Translations under genes and position numbers: made by a program
The notes under the pieces: generated by a model
Databases searched by the model: none
What the model saw: only the letters and a program-made list of their open reading frames with translations
What the model was told of the DNA's origin: nothing
NCBI GenBank assembly: GCA_038883795.1
Contig: JAVZLK010000021.1
Span: 1 to 25,880, forward strand
DNA length: 25,880 nt
Direction: 5' to 3'
Origin: Candidatus Bathyarchaeia archaeon
GTDB lineage: Archaea > Thermoproteota > Bathyarchaeia > Bathyarchaeales > Bathycorpusculaceae
In this document: positions 24,652 through 25,880 of the stretch, piece after piece
How positions within the stretch are numbered: the stretch's first letter is position 1
Layout: each line of letters starts with the position of its first letter

Positions 24652-25880
24652 ATGAGTATATCTACCTTTTGGTCCGATGTCTATAACACCTTTGCTCCAC
24701 TTTTTTACGACCTTGTAGGTTTTTACGAACTACAATTTAATCGAGACCCAGCCAACATAATAGAATATGAAAATGTCCGCCCAAGTTTTGAGGTCCTTCC
24801 AATTTATGGCAAAAGTTCCTTGCCAAAATATGCTATGTATCTTTGTCAGTTACCCCTTGTTAATAGGCTAACTGAGATAAGACAACTGGCGTATACTTAT
24901 GTGTTATACCCTGGTGCAACGCATACTCGATATGAGCACAGCAGAGGTGTTATGCATAAAGGAAAAGTTTTACTTGATAAAATAAATGGAAATCCTGAAC
25001 TAAACGATAAAGGAGTAAAGTTTAACAACGACGACAAAATATTGCTTGATATTGCAGCATTACTGCACGACTTGGGTCACCCTGCATGGGGGCATGCGTT
25101 AGATGGTATTACTGGATATGTGGTTCAACTGCTTAGGGAAATAGATCTCTTCCACTTCTCGCCTAAGAAATTAGATATAACCATCACCATTTATCTCCTA
25201 ATGGAAAATGCACAATTGCGTAAAGCGTTAAGAATCTGCGCCGGAGAGATAAAAGACGCCAACCTACGCAATTTGTTCGATAAAATCATAGCACAGATAA
25301 TAATGGAAGAAGAATTTCCATTTTGCGAAGAGCTGGAAGATCCAAACATATTAAAAAAGATTCATCTGTTAACTACTGTCCTAGGTGGCTATGGCGGTAA
25401 GAAAAAAGAGTGGCGTATTAATGCAGATAGGCTTGATTGGCTTTTAAGAGATACACACCATGCAAACCTTATAGCCAAACTTCCTCCCGATCTCGAATCA
25501 AAGTACCGTGATTTCTTTGAGCGCAATAAAAATAACTACTTTAGCATCGATATCGTGAATCGGGAATATTTGAGTATCGCTGATACAAACTTTAATAATC
25601 TCATAGATGACTTAAGAGAAACAATCTATTCGGCGATATATGAAGGGATAGAAAGATCTTTCGCCGATTCTATGTTGATACGCTTAGCTTACTCCGCAAT
25701 AAGTGTCATAAACCTAGTCGGTCATGAGATTGCAAGCGCTCCAACGACTACCAGAGCCGTAATGGGCTATCTGTTAATGCATGATTTTTTGATGAAACAA
25801 TATACGCATAAAACACTGCACCTGGCTAAACAACATATACACCGATTAGGTTTAACAGATCCAATTGCTACATTTATCAC
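24652..25880 (+). CDS. SAMHD1/dGTPase-like HD-domain phosphohydrolase (partial, runs off the window; not in the ORF track)
   Basis: RLTEIRQLAYTYVLYPGATHTRYEHSRGV, AALLHDLGHPAWGH and NADRLDWLLRD. The frame is open to the window end. Confidence 0.92.
   Translation, partial: MSISTFWSDVYNTFAPLFYDLVGFYELQFNRDPANIIEYENVRPSFEVLPIYGKSSLPKYAMYLCQLPLVNRLTEIRQLAYTYVLYPGATHTRYEHSRGVMHKGKVLLDKINGNPELNDKGVKFNNDDKILLDIAALLHDLGHPAWGHALDGITGYVVQLLREIDLFHFSPKKLDITITIYLLMENAQLRKALRICAGEIKDANLRNLFDKIIAQIIMEEEFPFCEELEDPNILKKIHLLTTVLGGYGGKKKEWRINADRLDWLLRDTHHANLIAKLPPDLESKYRDFFERNKNNYFSIDIVNREYLSIADTNFNNLIDDLRETIYSAIYEGIERSFADSMLIRLAYSAISVINLVGHEIASAPTTTRAVMGYLLMHDFLMKQYTHKTLHLAKQHIHRLGLTDPIATFI

Larger units (their letters stand above)
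260..25880. mobile_element. tRNA-Ser-anchored integrative island / defence hotspot (right end not in the window)
   Basis: An integrase operon starts about 50 bp after the tRNA. Cargo is recombinases, RHH regulators, nucleases, an R-M enzyme, an HD hydrolase and pseudogenes, with no housekeeping genes. Probably a mosaic of several insertions. Confidence 0.75.

Noticed and set aside
260-25880. attR copy of the tRNA 3' end, CRISPR array, or IS transposase
   Set aside because: None seen by eye. TTCAAATCC at 13591 is too short and lacks the flanking stem, there is no regularly spaced repeat-spacer pattern, and no DDE or HUH transposase motifs were seen.

Overview
Archaeal DNA. The intron-containing tRNA, GGTGA-type ribosome-binding sites, TATA/BRE promoters and gene families suggest a TACK lineage such as Bathyarchaeia; this is inference. 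The window opens with tRNA-Ser(CGA) carrying a 35-nt intron (137-259). Everything after it looks like an integrated accessory/defence island that runs off the right edge, and no second copy of the tRNA 3' end (attR) was seen. The island encodes three tyrosine recombinases: one tRNA-adjacent with an atypical RGD motif, and two convergent paralogues, one with a long tail ending in PCNA-binding-like motifs. It also has four ribbon-helix-helix (RHH) genes, two of them missed by the ORF track. A compact operon encodes a small winged-helix (wHTH)-like protein, a ParB/Spo0J-DUF488 fusion and a conserved Cys-containing partner. Other cargo: several PD-(D/E)XK-type nucleases (one Zn-finger-bearing, one membrane-anchored and RmuC-like), a miniature ABC ATPase, a transglutaminase-like/Ig-repeat surface protein, a Type IIG restriction-modification enzyme, YegP/DUF1508, a pair of TM+Zn-ribbon genes, three frameshifted pseudogenes, and a wHTH plus SAMHD1-like HD hydrolase pair truncated by the window end. 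The best candidates for undescribed biology are the ParB-DUF488 operon and the RHH/RmuC-like/paired-recombinase module. All family calls are from motifs read by eye; no searches were run.
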